From Verrucomicrobiaceae bacterium (GTDB lineage Bacteria; Verrucomicrobiota; Verrucomicrobiia; Chthoniobacterales; JAATET01): 64,000 nt of DNA. Shown piece by piece: positions 34,152 through 43,921 of this stretch (position 1 is the first letter of the stretch; each line of letters begins with the position of its first letter). The stretch covers positions 6,146-70,145 of the forward strand of contig JAIYAZ010000136.1 in NCBI GenBank assembly GCA_027488755.1, written 5' to 3'. A program made the position numbers and the translations under genes. Below the pieces are notes generated by a model. It did not search any database. It was not told the origin of the DNA and saw nothing but the letters and a program-made list of their open reading frames with translations.

Positions 34152-34613
34152 TCAGCCGGCGGGGGCGACGGAGAGGGTGGTTTTGACGGAGTTCGCGATG
34201 AAGCACTGCTCGTGCGCGTGGTGGTGGAGGTCGTCGAGCTCGGCGGTGGTCGGGGTGCGTTCGCCCCAGGTGATGCGGGGGTGGAGGGTGACGTGGCTGA
34301 TCCAGGGGATGCCGCGTTCGTTTTTGGTGAGGGTGCCGACGGCGTGGTCCTCGTAGGTTTCGACGACGAAGCCGGCGCGGGAGGCGAGCCAGACGAAGGT
34401 GAGCATGTGGCAGCTGGCGAGCGAGGCGACGAAGGCTTCCTCGGGGTCGACGGCGGCGGGGTCGGACCACGGGGCGGGGACGACGCCGGGGGAGGCGGAG
34501 GCGGGGACGGTGAGGCCGCCGTCGAAGGTCCAGGTGTGGGCGCGGGAGAATTGGCCGCGGCGGAAGTCGGTGCCGGTGCGGATCCAACGGAGGGAGGCGT
34601 GGTGTTCGGACAT
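34152..34613 (-). CDS. OsmC/Ohr-family peroxiredoxin-like protein
   Basis: 153 aa. ...PEEAFVASLASCHMLTF...HHHAHEQCFIANSV (two conserved Cys contexts). Confidence 0.85.
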   Translation of the reverse strand: MSEHHASLRWIRTGTDFRRGQFSRAHTWTFDGGLTVPASASPGVVPAPWSDPAAVDPEEAFVASLASCHMLTFVWLASRAGFVVETYEDHAVGTLTKNERGIPWISHVTLHPRITWGERTPTTAELDDLHHHAHEQCFIANSVKTTLSVAPAG

Positions 34614-34689
34614 GGGGGGATGATGGACGCGGGCGTGGGGCGCGACAAGTCAGGCGCGCTTTACCAGGCGTTGGTTGGAGGGTTGTGGA

Positions 34690-35073
34690 TCAGTCCACGA
34701 GGTTTGAGACCTCGATAAGGTTGCCATCGGGGTCGCGGAAATAAATGGAAACGATGGGGCTGGTTGCGCCGGTGCGTGGGACCGGTCCGTCTTCGACGGT
34801 AATGCCGAGTGCGGCCAACTCAGCGAGCACGGTAGCGATGGGCGTCTCGCTTAGGAAACAGAGATCGGCAGAGCCGGCGGAGGGATGGCGGGCGTGGGGT
34901 GAGATCGGCGCGGTGGCGGGGTGGAGGTTGATTTTTTGCCGGCCAAAGCCGAGGGCACGGCGGCCGGGACCGAAGGTGATCGCCTGGAAGCCGAGCACGC
35001 GGGTGTAGAACGAGACGGTGGCTTCCACGTCGGCAACGGTGAGGACGAGGTGGTCAATGGAGGTGATGGTCAT
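34690..35073 (-). CDS. VOC (glyoxalase/bleomycin-resistance/dioxygenase) family protein
   Basis: 127 aa. MTITSIDHLVLTVADVEATVSFYTRVLGF...IYFRDPDGNLIEV. Confidence 0.8.
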   Translation of the reverse strand: MTITSIDHLVLTVADVEATVSFYTRVLGFQAITFGPGRRALGFGRQKINLHPATAPISPHARHPSAGSADLCFLSETPIATVLAELAALGITVEDGPVPRTGATSPIVSIYFRDPDGNLIEVSNLVD

Positions 35074-35087
35074 GGGATGAAGCGGGC

Positions 35088-36242
35088 TCAGGCGGAAGGG
35101 GTGGGTCGGGGTTTATGGGCGAAGAGGGTGAAAATGAGCGCGGCGATAAGGGCGGCGGAGACGACGAGCGTGAGGGCGAAGCCGGCGGGGCCGAAGGTCG
35201 AGAGGGCGGCTCCGGCGAGGAGGGGGCCGACGATGGCGCCGAGGGTGTAGAGCATGGCGACGGCGCTCATGACGGCGACGACTTCGTCGGGTCGCTGGCG
35301 GGCGGCGAGGATGCGGCCGAGGGTGTAGAAGGTGCCGGCGAGGCCGCCCCATACAAAGATAGTGACGAAGAGGAGGGTGGCTCCCGGGGCCCAGGCCACC
35401 GCGGCGGCGGCGACGAGGCCGAGGACGGCGCTGGCGCGGAGGACGCGCTCGGGGCCGAAGCGGTCGGAGAGCCAGCCGATGGGCCACTGGAGGAAGAGGG
35501 CGCTGGAATTTGCCACGGCGAGGAGGAGGGAGGCCTGCGCGGGGGTCATTTCGCGGGCGACGCCGAAGACGGGCAGCATGCCGCCGAAGCCGCTTTCGAG
35601 GAGGCCGCCGGCGAGGACGACAACGAGGATGCCGGCGGAGCCCCACCACCGGCCGTGCGGGCGGCGGGAGCCGGGTGGCGTGCTGTTGGCGGGAGGTTCC
35701 TGCAGGGAGCGGCCGATGAGCCAGGAGGCGGCGAGCAGGGCGGCGATGACGAGGGGCGCGCGGGAGCCGCCGAGGCCGGTGACGGCGACGAGGGCGGGGC
35801 CGACGGCGATGGCGGTGCCGGCGAGGGTTTCGTAGGCGCCGACCATGCGGCCCTGGGAGTGGGCGGGGGTGATGGCGGCGGCCCAGGCGTCGGCGATGAT
35901 CCAGCGAAGGGTGAGCGCGAGGCCGCTGAGGGCGGCCCAGGCGCACCAGGCGGGAAACGAGGTGGTGGTGGCGAAGCCGGCGACGGAGGCGAGGGCGAGG
36001 ACGTTGCCGAGTTGGTAGAGGCCGCGCCAGCCGAGGGCGGCGCGGAGGCGGGCGACGAGCGGGGAGACGAGGAGGACGGCGATCCAGGGGATGGCGGCGA
36101 AGGTGCCGATGAGCGCGGGGTCGACGCCGCGCTCGGCGAGGCGGAGGGTGCTCCAGGTGGTGACCATCCAGAACGCGATGAGCGCGGGATAGTAGGAGAG
36201 GCCGAGCCGCGCGAGGGCGCCGATGGGGGTCGGGGCGGGCAT
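35088..36242 (-). CDS. MFS transporter
   Basis: 384 aa, about 12 hydrophobic segments, MFS-like loop LSDRFGPERVL. Confidence 0.8.
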   Translation of the reverse strand: MPAPTPIGALARLGLSYYPALIAFWMVTTWSTLRLAERGVDPALIGTFAAIPWIAVLLVSPLVARLRAALGWRGLYQLGNVLALASVAGFATTTSFPAWCAWAALSGLALTLRWIIADAWAAAITPAHSQGRMVGAYETLAGTAIAVGPALVAVTGLGGSRAPLVIAALLAASWLIGRSLQEPPANSTPPGSRRPHGRWWGSAGILVVVLAGGLLESGFGGMLPVFGVAREMTPAQASLLLAVANSSALFLQWPIGWLSDRFGPERVLRASAVLGLVAAAAVAWAPGATLLFVTIFVWGGLAGTFYTLGRILAARQRPDEVVAVMSAVAMLYTLGAIVGPLLAGAALSTFGPAGFALTLVVSAALIAALIFTLFAHKPRPTPSA

Positions 36243-36269
36243 GGCGGCGGGCCGGGGGGCGGCGGGGAA

Positions 36270-37160
36270 TTATGCGGCCGTGCGCTCGGCGGCGGTGACG
36301 GTGTTGGCCATGAGCATGGCGATGGTCATGGGGCCGACGCCGCCGGGCACGGGGGTGATGGCGGCGCATTTGGGCGCGACGTTTTGGAAGTCGACGTCGC
36401 CGACGAGGCGGTAGCCTTTCGGCGCGATGAGGTCGTCGACGCGGTTGATGCCGACGTCGATGACGACGGCGCCGTCGCGGACCATGTCGGCGGTGACGAA
36501 TTCGGGCCGGCCGATGGCGGCGATGAGGATGTCGGCTTCGCGGGTGACGGCGGCGAGGTCGCGGGTGCGGCTGTGGGCGATGGTGACGGTGGCGTCGCCG
36601 CCGGGGCGTTCGGCGGTGGATTTGGCCATGAGGAGGAGGGCCATGGGTTTGCCAACGATCATGCTGCGGCCGAGGACGACGGCGCGGGCGCCGGAGGTTT
36701 TCACGCCGGCTTCGGTGAGGAGGCGCTGGCAGCCGAGGGGGGTGCAGGGGACGAAGCCGGTGGGGTCGTCGAGGGCGAGTTTGGCGACGTTGACGGGGTG
36801 GAAGCCGTCGACGTCCTTGGCGGGGTCGATGGCGAGGACGATGGCGGCTTCGTCGATGTGTTTCGGCGGGGGGCTTTGGACGAGGATGCCGTGGATGGCG
36901 GGGTCGGCGTTGAGCCGGGCGATGAGGGCGAGGAGCTCGGCCTGGGTGGTGGTGGCGGGGAGCTCGTGTTTGACGGAGTGGATGCCGAGCTCGGCGGCGC
37001 GTTTGTCCTTCGAGCGGACGTAGGCGCGGGAGGCGGGGTCGTCGCCGACGAGGACGACGGCGAGGCCGGGGGTGAGGCCGCGGGATTGGAGGGCGGCGAT
37101 GCGGGCGGCGGTCTCGGCGTGGACCTTGGCGGCGATTTCGGTGCCGTTAATCAGCTTCAT
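36270..37160 (-). CDS. folD: bifunctional methylenetetrahydrofolate dehydrogenase / methenyl-THF cyclohydrolase
   Basis: 296 aa from the ATG at 37160. [12 protein letters not shown]..., [53 protein letters not shown]. Confidence 0.95.
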   Translation of the reverse strand: MKLINGTEIAAKVHAETAARIAALQSRGLTPGLAVVLVGDDPASRAYVRSKDKRAAELGIHSVKHELPATTTQAELLALIARLNADPAIHGILVQSPPPKHIDEAAIVLAIDPAKDVDGFHPVNVAKLALDDPTGFVPCTPLGCQRLLTEAGVKTSGARAVVLGRSMIVGKPMALLLMAKSTAERPGGDATVTIAHSRTRDLAAVTREADILIAAIGRPEFVTADMVRDGAVVIDVGINRVDDLIAPKGYRLVGDVDFQNVAPKCAAITPVPGGVGPMTIAMLMANTVTAAERTAA

Positions 37161-37782
37161 TTTTGAGGAGGGTTTCGATGCGGGTGCGTTCGGCTTCGAA
37201 GGCTTCGGGGGTGGGCGTGGGGGGGATGACTTCGTAGGGGGAGATGGTGATGTCGAGGCGGGAAAATGGCAACGGGATGCGGAAGCCATCCCAGCTTTTG
37301 ATGGTGAGGGCGCGGGAAAATTTCACGTGGAGCGGCATGAGGCGGGCGCCGGTGGACTGGGCGAGGAGGATGAGGCCGGGGCCGAGGGTGTAGCGGGGGC
37401 CCTTGGGGCCGTCGGGGGTGACGGCGAGGTCGCCGCCGTTTTCGAGCCAGGCGACGCATTCGCGGAGAGCGCGGGAGCCGCGGCGGGAGCTGGAGCCGCG
37501 GATGGCGCCCATGCGGAAGCGGGCCATGAGTTGGGCGAGGATTTCGCCGTCGCGGCTGGGGCTGGTGAGCACGGCGACGCCTTTGCGGAGGTGGTGGGGG
37601 TAGATGCGCTGGTGGCCGGTGGTGATGGCGAGGATGCGGTTGTGCCAAAAGGTGAAGATGAGGGGGAAATCGGGGGGGCGGGTGGTGAAGCCGGAGTGGT
37701 CGATGATGCGAACGCGCAGGGTGAGGAAGAGGGCGCGGGCGATGAGGGCGCCGAGGTGGGAGAGGAGTTGCTCGCGGGTCAC
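37147..37782 (-). CDS. DUF374-type (lysophospholipid acyltransferase-like) protein
   Basis: 211 aa. FWHNRIL...[10 protein letters not shown]...[16 protein letters not shown]. Overlaps the folD start by 14 bp. Confidence 0.7.
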   Translation of the reverse strand: MTREQLLSHLGALIARALFLTLRVRIIDHSGFTTRPPDFPLIFTFWHNRILAITTGHQRIYPHHLRKGVAVLTSPSRDGEILAQLMARFRMGAIRGSSSRRGSRALRECVAWLENGGDLAVTPDGPKGPRYTLGPGLILLAQSTGARLMPLHVKFSRALTIKSWDGFRIPLPFSRLDITISPYEVIPPTPTPEAFEAERTRIETLLKNEAD

Positions 37783-37803
37783 GACGGGGCGGGGGCGTTT
37801 TTC

Positions 37804-38805
37804 TCAGCCGAGGGAGCGGCCGAGGACGGCGGTGAGGACGGGGCGGAGCCGGGCGGCGAGGGATTCGTTGGCGTAGGCGAGCCAGGCGACGGGCGAGGTG
37901 GTGTCGAGGGGGGCGTCGGGGAAGCCGCCTTCGGGGCTTTCGTAGACGATGCCGGCTTCTATGAGGATAAGGGCGGCGGCGACGTCGTAGGGGTGGCAGA
38001 CGAGGGTGGAGTCGAGGTCGAGGACGGCGTGGATGAGCGGGCGGATGTCGCCGATGAAGCGGTCGTGGCCGGCGAGGAGCTCGTAGAATTGGCCGCCGGT
38101 GCAGATGTATTGGTCGTCGAAGATGGTGGGCGAGGCGGTGGCGCCGAGGCCGATGAGTTCGTCCCAGATTTGCTCCTCGATCTGGGCGATGAGGGTGCGG
38201 CCTTCGGGGAAGAATTTCGCGAGGGAGGCGAAGCCGTGGCGGAAATCGGTGGCGGTGGAGGGGCGTAGCGTGAGGGGCTCGCGGGTGCCGGTGAGGACGT
38301 TGACGGACTCGGCGGTGACGCCGCGGCCGCGGATGGCGCTGAGCTGGTCGGCGCGCCATTGCTTGGTGAGGGGGATTTCGGTCATCGCGGCGACGACGAT
38401 GTCGGAGAGGGCGGTGGTGGGGCCGAGTTGCGGGGCGAGGCCGGCGAGGGCCCAGGCGGGGCGTTTGTCGACCATGAGGCCGCGGGTGCCGTCGATGGGG
38501 TCGAGGATGACCTTCCACTTGGTGTCGTCGGCGGCGGTGCCGGCGGGAAAGCAGGGGGGCTCGGATTCGTCGATGCCCTCGAAGATGAGCTCGACGGGCT
38601 CGTCGGCGGGCCAGTGGTCGCGGAACCAGGCGAGAATCGCGTCCTCGCTGAGCTTGTCGATGGCGTAGATGGTGTCGGCGGCGGATTCCGCGTGGACGGC
38701 TGAGAGTTGCTCGACGGTCTGGCGGGCGCGCCCGGCGATGACTGCGTCGCGAATGGCGTCGCCCAGGCGGCAGAGCAGTGCGCGGAAGGGCTCGTAGTCA
38801 GGCAT
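37804..38805 (-). CDS. inositol monophosphatase-family protein
   Basis: 333 aa from the ATG at 38805. ILDPIDGTRGL metal-binding block and a C-terminal DVAAALILIEAG-type block. Confidence 0.8.
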   Translation of the reverse strand: MPDYEPFRALLCRLGDAIRDAVIAGRARQTVEQLSAVHAESAADTIYAIDKLSEDAILAWFRDHWPADEPVELIFEGIDESEPPCFPAGTAADDTKWKVILDPIDGTRGLMVDKRPAWALAGLAPQLGPTTALSDIVVAAMTEIPLTKQWRADQLSAIRGRGVTAESVNVLTGTREPLTLRPSTATDFRHGFASLAKFFPEGRTLIAQIEEQIWDELIGLGATASPTIFDDQYICTGGQFYELLAGHDRFIGDIRPLIHAVLDLDSTLVCHPYDVAAALILIEAGIVYESPEGGFPDAPLDTTSPVAWLAYANESLAARLRPVLTAVLGRSLG

Positions 38806-40180
38806 GGGAGGCACGATAGGCGGCGGCGAGGCGGCGGGGCGAGGATTTCCAAACGAAGCGGGCGGTGAGGGCGGCGCTGGCGACGGCGAGGCCGAGGGCG
38901 AGCCCACCCCAGATGCCGGCGGGGCCGAAACCGGCCAAAAAGGTGAGCGAGTAGGAGGCGGGCAGGGCGAGGGCCCAGTAGGAGAAGACGGCGATGCCCA
39001 TGGGCACCTGGACGTCGGCGAGGCCGCGCAGGGCGTTCATCATGAGGATTTGCGTGCCGTCGACGACTTGGAAAAGGCCGGCGATGACGAGAAGGGACGC
39101 GGCGAGGGCAACGACGGCGGGATCGTTGAGGAACAGGGCGGCCAGCGGGCGGGCGAAGAGAACAAAACCGAGGGCGGTGAGGAGCATGACGCCGACGCCC
39201 ATGGCGAGGCCGCCGAAGGCGATGGGACGCACGCGATCCAGCCGACCGGCGCCGTAGGATTGGCCGACGCGCACGGTGACGGCCATGCCGAGCCCGAGCG
39301 GAACCATGAAGGTGGTGGCGGCGCAGGTGATGGCGATCTGGTGGGCGGCGAGGGCGTTGACGCTGATCCAGCCCATCATGAGGGAGGCCGCGGCGAACGC
39401 GCCGACCTCGGCGAGGTATTGACCACCGGCGGGAATGCCGATGCGGAGGAGATGGCGGAGTTCGCCGGGGAGGTCGCGTTCGGCGGGTTCCGTGGCGAGG
39501 TAGGGCCGGAAGTGGGTGGAGCGGTGGATCCATAGCAGGAGGGCGGCCAGGGACGCGAGGCGGGCGAGCAGGGTGGCGAGGCCGGCGCCGGTGAGGCCGA
39601 GGGCGGGCACGGGGCCGGCGCCGAAGATGAAGAGGTAGTTGAGAACGACGTTGAGGGCGACGCCGACGAGGATGATCCAGAAGGGCGGCCAGGGGCGGGA
39701 GAGCGCCTCGGCGAAATCCTTCACGGCGGTAAAGAGCATCGCGGGGATGATCGAGAGCGCGATGAGGATGAGGAAGGGGCCGACGGCGGCGTTCACCTCG
39801 GCGGGCTGGCCCAGCACGGAGAGAAACGGAAGCAGGGCCAGCATGCCGAGGCAGAGGGCAAGGCCGAGGGCGGCGCCGAGGGCGAGGCCGGAGCGGTAGA
39901 CTTTGCCGGTGGCGCGGGTGGCGGGGGAACCGGGCTCGGCGCGGGCGGCGGCCCCGAAGGCCTGGGAGGCGCGGACGGTGACGGAGGACATGACGCCAAA
40001 GCCGAAGACGAGGGCGACGGAGGCGAGGGTGTTGGCAAAGGCGCAGGCGGCGAGCGGGACGACGCCGACGCGGCCGACCATGAGGGTGTCGGCCCAGCCC
40101 ATGAGCATTTGCCCGAGCTGGCCGGCGATGATGGGCGCGGCGAGGGCGAGGGTTTTGCGGTTTTCGGCGGCGAAGGACAT
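38798..40180 (-). CDS. MATE-family efflux transporter
   Basis: 460 aa, 12-TM. N-terminus LALAAPIIAGQLGQMLMGWADTLMVGRVG is typical of NorM-like MATE. Confidence 0.85.
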   Translation of the reverse strand: MSFAAENRKTLALAAPIIAGQLGQMLMGWADTLMVGRVGVVPLAACAFANTLASVALVFGFGVMSSVTVRASQAFGAAARAEPGSPATRATGKVYRSGLALGAALGLALCLGMLALLPFLSVLGQPAEVNAAVGPFLILIALSIIPAMLFTAVKDFAEALSRPWPPFWIILVGVALNVVLNYLFIFGAGPVPALGLTGAGLATLLARLASLAALLLWIHRSTHFRPYLATEPAERDLPGELRHLLRIGIPAGGQYLAEVGAFAAASLMMGWISVNALAAHQIAITCAATTFMVPLGLGMAVTVRVGQSYGAGRLDRVRPIAFGGLAMGVGVMLLTALGFVLFARPLAALFLNDPAVVALAASLLVIAGLFQVVDGTQILMMNALRGLADVQVPMGIAVFSYWALALPASYSLTFLAGFGPAGIWGGLALGLAVASAALTARFVWKSSPRRLAAAYRASHA

Positions 40181-40223
40181 GGCGGGCGCGGGAGTGGGGG
40201 CACCCGGCGGTGAAGGGGAAGGC

Positions 40224-41648
40224 TTACGGGAAGATGCCGTGGGCGAGGTAGCTGCGGCAGACGCGGTCGAGGGCGACGGTATATGCGGCGGTGCGGAGGT
40301 CGGGCAGGTCGCGGGTTTTCCAGGCGTCGTGAATCTGGTGGTAGGCGAAGGCCATGGTCTCGGCGAGGGCGCTGTGGACGATGTCGACCTCGCGGGGCGG
40401 GGCGGTGATCTGGTGACGGTCGCCGTTTTCGAGGGTGCGGCCGGTGAGGCGTTCGACGGCGTCGATGATCTGGGTTTTCGCCTGCTCGGAGATGCGGGTC
40501 GTCATGCGGTCGAAGCTGACGTGGCTGAGGTTTTTCAACCACTCGAAGTAACTCACGGTGACGCCGCCGGCATTGAGGTAAAGGTCGGGGATGACGAGGA
40601 TGCCGCGGGCGGTGAGAATCTCGTCGGCGGCGAATTCCACGGGTCCGTTGGCGGCTTCGGCGATGATTTTGGCCTGGATGCGGGGGGCGTTGGCGGGGGT
40701 GATGACGCTCTCGAGGGCGGCGGGCACGAGGATGTCGCAGGGCATTTCGAGGACCTGCGCGGGATCGGCGACGAACGTGCCGGCGCCAAAGTCGGCGAGG
40801 CTGCCGTTTTCGCGGAAGTGGTGCTGGGCGCGGCGGAGATCGAGGCCGGCGGGGTCGTAGAGGCCGCCGCCGAGTTCGGCGAGGCCGACGATGAGGGCGC
40901 CGTTTTTCTGGAGGAAGTGCGCGGCGTGCGAGCCGACGTTGCCGAGGCCCTGGATGATGACGCGCTTGCCGGCGACGCCCGGGGTGAGGCCGAGGGCGGC
41001 CATGTCCTCGGCGCGGTCGAGGCATTCCTTGATGCCGAAATAGACCCCGAGCCCGGTGGCTTCGCGCCGGCCGGGGATGCCGTGGAGGTCGAGGGGTTTG
41101 CCGGTGACGCAGGCGTAGGTGTCGGGCTGGTTGAAGTTCAGCGCGCGGTAGGTGTCGGCGATCCAGGCCATTTCCTGCTCGCCGGTGCCGTAGTCGGGAG
41201 CGGGCACGTCGGTCTGCGGGCCGATGAAGTTTTTCTTCACGAGCTCGGCGGTGTAGCGGCGGGTGACGCGTTCGCGGAAGCCGGGGGAGATGGCGCGGGG
41301 GTCGATGCGCACGGAGCCCTTGGCGCCGCCGAAGGGCAGGCCGACGAGGGCGCACTTGTAGGTCATGAGCGCGGCGAGGGCGACGGTTTCCTCCTGCGTG
41401 ACGTGCGGCGAAAAGCGGATGCCGCCCTTGCACGGGAGGCGGTGGTGGCTGTGTTCGGCGCGGAAGGCCTCGATCACGACGATGTTGCCCTCGTCATCCT
41501 TCACGGGAAATTTCATCCGGTAGATGCCGTTGCAGGACTTCACCTGGTCGAGCAGGCCCACGGGGAAACTCGAAAGATCCGCGGCGCGGTCGAAGTAGGC
41601 GCCGACGGATTGGTAAAAGGGGCTGGGGGCCGAGGCGGGCTCGTTCAT
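40224..41648 (-). CDS. gdh: Glu/Leu/Phe/Val dehydrogenase family (probable glutamate dehydrogenase)
   Basis: 474 aa. KGGIRFSPHVTQEETVALAALMTYKCALVGLPFGGAKG; Rossmann block VIIQGLGNVG. Confidence 0.9.
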   Translation of the reverse strand: MNEPASAPSPFYQSVGAYFDRAADLSSFPVGLLDQVKSCNGIYRMKFPVKDDEGNIVVIEAFRAEHSHHRLPCKGGIRFSPHVTQEETVALAALMTYKCALVGLPFGGAKGSVRIDPRAISPGFRERVTRRYTAELVKKNFIGPQTDVPAPDYGTGEQEMAWIADTYRALNFNQPDTYACVTGKPLDLHGIPGRREATGLGVYFGIKECLDRAEDMAALGLTPGVAGKRVIIQGLGNVGSHAAHFLQKNGALIVGLAELGGGLYDPAGLDLRRAQHHFRENGSLADFGAGTFVADPAQVLEMPCDILVPAALESVITPANAPRIQAKIIAEAANGPVEFAADEILTARGILVIPDLYLNAGGVTVSYFEWLKNLSHVSFDRMTTRISEQAKTQIIDAVERLTGRTLENGDRHQITAPPREVDIVHSALAETMAFAYHQIHDAWKTRDLPDLRTAAYTVALDRVCRSYLAHGIFP

Positions 41649-41778
41649 CGGGGGATTTTAGCGGGTTGCCGGAGGGGCACAAGGAGACGAATGACCCGAG
41701 GAAACGTTGGCCCAAAAAAAGCGGAAAATTTTTGAACAACCCCCCTGGGAGGGGGTCAAAGATATCGGTTAAGGCAGC

Positions 41779-41850
41779 GATTCGGGCCACCCGCGACTTC
41801 AGTTTTCTTTGTTTTTTCTGAGTCTCGCGGCAGTGGCCCGAATCATTTTT
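41779..41850 (+). terminator. orphan terminator-like long stem-loop (about 22 bp stem, U-rich 15-nt loop, trailing ATTTTT)
   Basis: Arms GATTCGGGCCACCCGCGACTTCAG (41779-41802) and CTGAGTCTCGCGGCAGTGGCCCGAATC (41818-41844): 12 bp perfect, a 2-nt bulge, 6 bp, then 4-5 bp. No plus-strand gene lies upstream. Confidence 0.4.
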
Positions 41851-41871
41851 CCCGGGCGGCCCCGCGCCGAA

Positions 41872-41888
41872 TGTGACGATTTTGTCGA
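41872..41888 (+). promoter_or_regulatory. Pho-box-like direct repeat TGTGAC-N5-TGTCGA (11-bp phasing) upstream of the response regulator
   Basis: Half-sites at 41872-41877 and 41883-41888, 50-66 bp before the ATG at 41938. The resemblance to OmpR/PhoB-type direct-repeat sites is only qualitative. Confidence 0.25.
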
Positions 41889-41937
41889 AAATGGGGTCCT
41901 TGTCGGCCGGTGAAGGTTTCGTTACACCCGACCGGGC

Positions 41938-42627
41938 ATGGCTGAGACTGTTTTGATTGTCGAAGACGAGCCGGACGTCGCCGCCTTGCTGCGTTACAAC
42001 CTGAACCGCGCCGGGTTTGGGGTTTCCCTCGCGGAGAACGGCCTGGAGGGTCTCGCCAAGGCCCGCGCCGAGCGGCCGGATCTGATCATCCTCGACCTGA
42101 TGATGCCGGAAATGACGGGCGAAAAGGTCTGCCGCGCCCTCAAGGAGGACGCCTCCACCGCGGGGATTCCGATCATCATGCTCACGGCCAAGGCGCAGGC
42201 CGAGGATCGCATCGCCGGCTTTGAAATCGGCGCGGACGACTACGTGCCGAAGCCGTTCAGCCCGCGCGAGCTCGTGCTGCGGGCGCAGGCCCTGCTGCGG
42301 CGGGTGCAGACGGCGAACCGCTCGGAGCAGATCGAGGCGGGGCCGTTTCTCGTGGACAAGGGGGCGTTTGAGATCCGCCTGGAGGGGCAGCGCCTCGACC
42401 TGACGACGACCGAGTTCAAACTGCTCACGCTGCTTATCGACCGGCGCGGGCGCACCCAGTCGCGCGAGACGCTGCTCTTCGACGTCTGGGGTTATCAGAA
42501 CGCCATCGACACCCGCACCGTCGACACGCACATGCGCCGGCTGCGCGAGAAGCTGGGGGACCACGCCGCGCGGCTTGAAACCGTGCGCGGCGAAGGCTAT
42601 CGCTTCAGTGCTGTCGAGCCGTCTTGA
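41938..42627 (+). CDS. OmpR/PhoB-family response regulator
   Basis: 229 aa. Receiver (LIVEDEPD...DLIILDLMMPEMTG...LTAKA...GADDYVPKPFSPRELV) plus a winged-helix domain (TEFKLLTLL...VDTHMRRLREKL...VRGEGYRF). Confidence 0.9.
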   Translation: MAETVLIVEDEPDVAALLRYNLNRAGFGVSLAENGLEGLAKARAERPDLIILDLMMPEMTGEKVCRALKEDASTAGIPIIMLTAKAQAEDRIAGFEIGADDYVPKPFSPRELVLRAQALLRRVQTANRSEQIEAGPFLVDKGAFEIRLEGQRLDLTTTEFKLLTLLIDRRGRTQSRETLLFDVWGYQNAIDTRTVDTHMRRLREKLGDHAARLETVRGEGYRFSAVEPS

Positions 42628-43910
42628 TTTTCGAGTTTCTGATTTTTGCCGTCCTTGCCGCTCTCGTCGGGTGGCTGGTCTGGAGTGTCTGGGTGCGACC
42701 GTTGCGGGACCTGCGTGACCTCATTCGCGCGCTGGCCAACGACGACCCGCACCACCCCATCGTGCGCTCGTCGCTGCGGCCCTTTGCGCAGATTTCCGCC
42801 GACCTCGGGCGGGTGGCCGACCGGCTGCGACGCCAGCGCCGCCAGCTTGCCGACGAGGGGTTCAGCCTGCGGGCGATTCTCGGGAGCATGCTCGAGGGCG
42901 TGCTCATCGTGGACGCGAGTCAGCGCGTGCGGCTGGCCAACGACGCGCTCTACACGATGTTCGACCTCAAGCAGCCGCCGATTAACCGCACGGTGCTCGA
43001 GGTTTTTCACAACCCGGAACTCTCCGGCGCGATTGACCGCGCGTTTCGCGAGAACCGCTCGGTCGTGCTGGAGCTGCGCGACACGCCGCGGCTGGGCGAG
43101 ACCCGCGCCGAGCGGCATTACCGGGTGAACTTCACGCCGCTTGTGCCCGCGGGGGGTTCCACTCCGGCGGGGGTGCTCGGGGTGTTCAACGACGTGACCG
43201 ACGTGCGCGCGCTCGAGGCCGTGCGGCGGGAATTCGTGGCGAATGTCTCGCATGAATTTCGCACGCCGCTCGCCATCATCGGCGGCTACGTCGAAACGCT
43301 GCTCGACGGGGCTCTGGACGACCGCGAGATGACGGAAAAGTCCCTGCGCACGATCCAGAAACACAGCGAGCGCCTCACGCTGCTCATCGCGGATCTGCTC
43401 ACCCTTTCGCGGCTCGAGCACCGCCGGGCGGAGGTGGACGGCCGCGACATCAGCCTCGGGGAGGTCATCCACCGCGTGCTTGAGCAGCTTGAGCCGCACA
43501 TCCGCGAGCGTTCGGCCCGCGTGTCCGTCGAACTCGGCGTGGATGCCATTCATGCCGACCCGGCGAGATTGGAGCAGGTGTTCATCAACCTGCTCACGAA
43601 CGCGCTGCAATACGGCACCGCCGAGACGCCTGAGGTGAGGGTGAGTTCGCGGCTGCTGGCGGGTAACGAGGTCGAAATCAGCCTCGCGGACAACGGGCCC
43701 GGCATCCCCTACCGGGACCAGCCGCACATCTTTGAGCGCTTCTACCGCGTGCGGAAGGATCGCTCGCGCGACGCCGGCGGCACCGGGCTCGGGCTCTCGA
43801 TCGTGAAGAACATCGCCGCGGCCCACGGCGGCCGCGTTTCGGTGCAAAGCACGCCGGGAGCGGGGGCGACCTTTAAAATCGTGCTTCCCGTCCGGCCCCC
43901 GGCGCGCTAG
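42624..43910 (+). CDS. PhoR-like sensor histidine kinase (TM, PAS, HisKA, HATPase_c)
   Basis: 428 aa. TTG start overlaps the regulator stop. H-box SHEFRTPLAIIGGYVETL; N/G boxes NLLTNALQY, DNGPGIP, GGTGLGLSIV. Confidence 0.9.
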   Translation: MIFEFLIFAVLAALVGWLVWSVWVRPLRDLRDLIRALANDDPHHPIVRSSLRPFAQISADLGRVADRLRRQRRQLADEGFSLRAILGSMLEGVLIVDASQRVRLANDALYTMFDLKQPPINRTVLEVFHNPELSGAIDRAFRENRSVVLELRDTPRLGETRAERHYRVNFTPLVPAGGSTPAGVLGVFNDVTDVRALEAVRREFVANVSHEFRTPLAIIGGYVETLLDGALDDREMTEKSLRTIQKHSERLTLLIADLLTLSRLEHRRAEVDGRDISLGEVIHRVLEQLEPHIRERSARVSVELGVDAIHADPARLEQVFINLLTNALQYGTAETPEVRVSSRLLAGNEVEISLADNGPGIPYRDQPHIFERFYRVRKDRSRDAGGTGLGLSIVKNIAAAHGGRVSVQSTPGAGATFKIVLPVRPPAR

Positions 43911-43921
43911 CGGGAGCGGGC

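Noticed and set aside
34152-34648. N-terminal 165 residues of the 365-aa track ORF 33551..34648
   Set aside because: This part overlaps the OsmC gene in a different frame and translates to Pro/Ser/Thr/Ala-rich sequence. Only the part downstream of the OsmC stop looks like a real (YdeI-like) protein.
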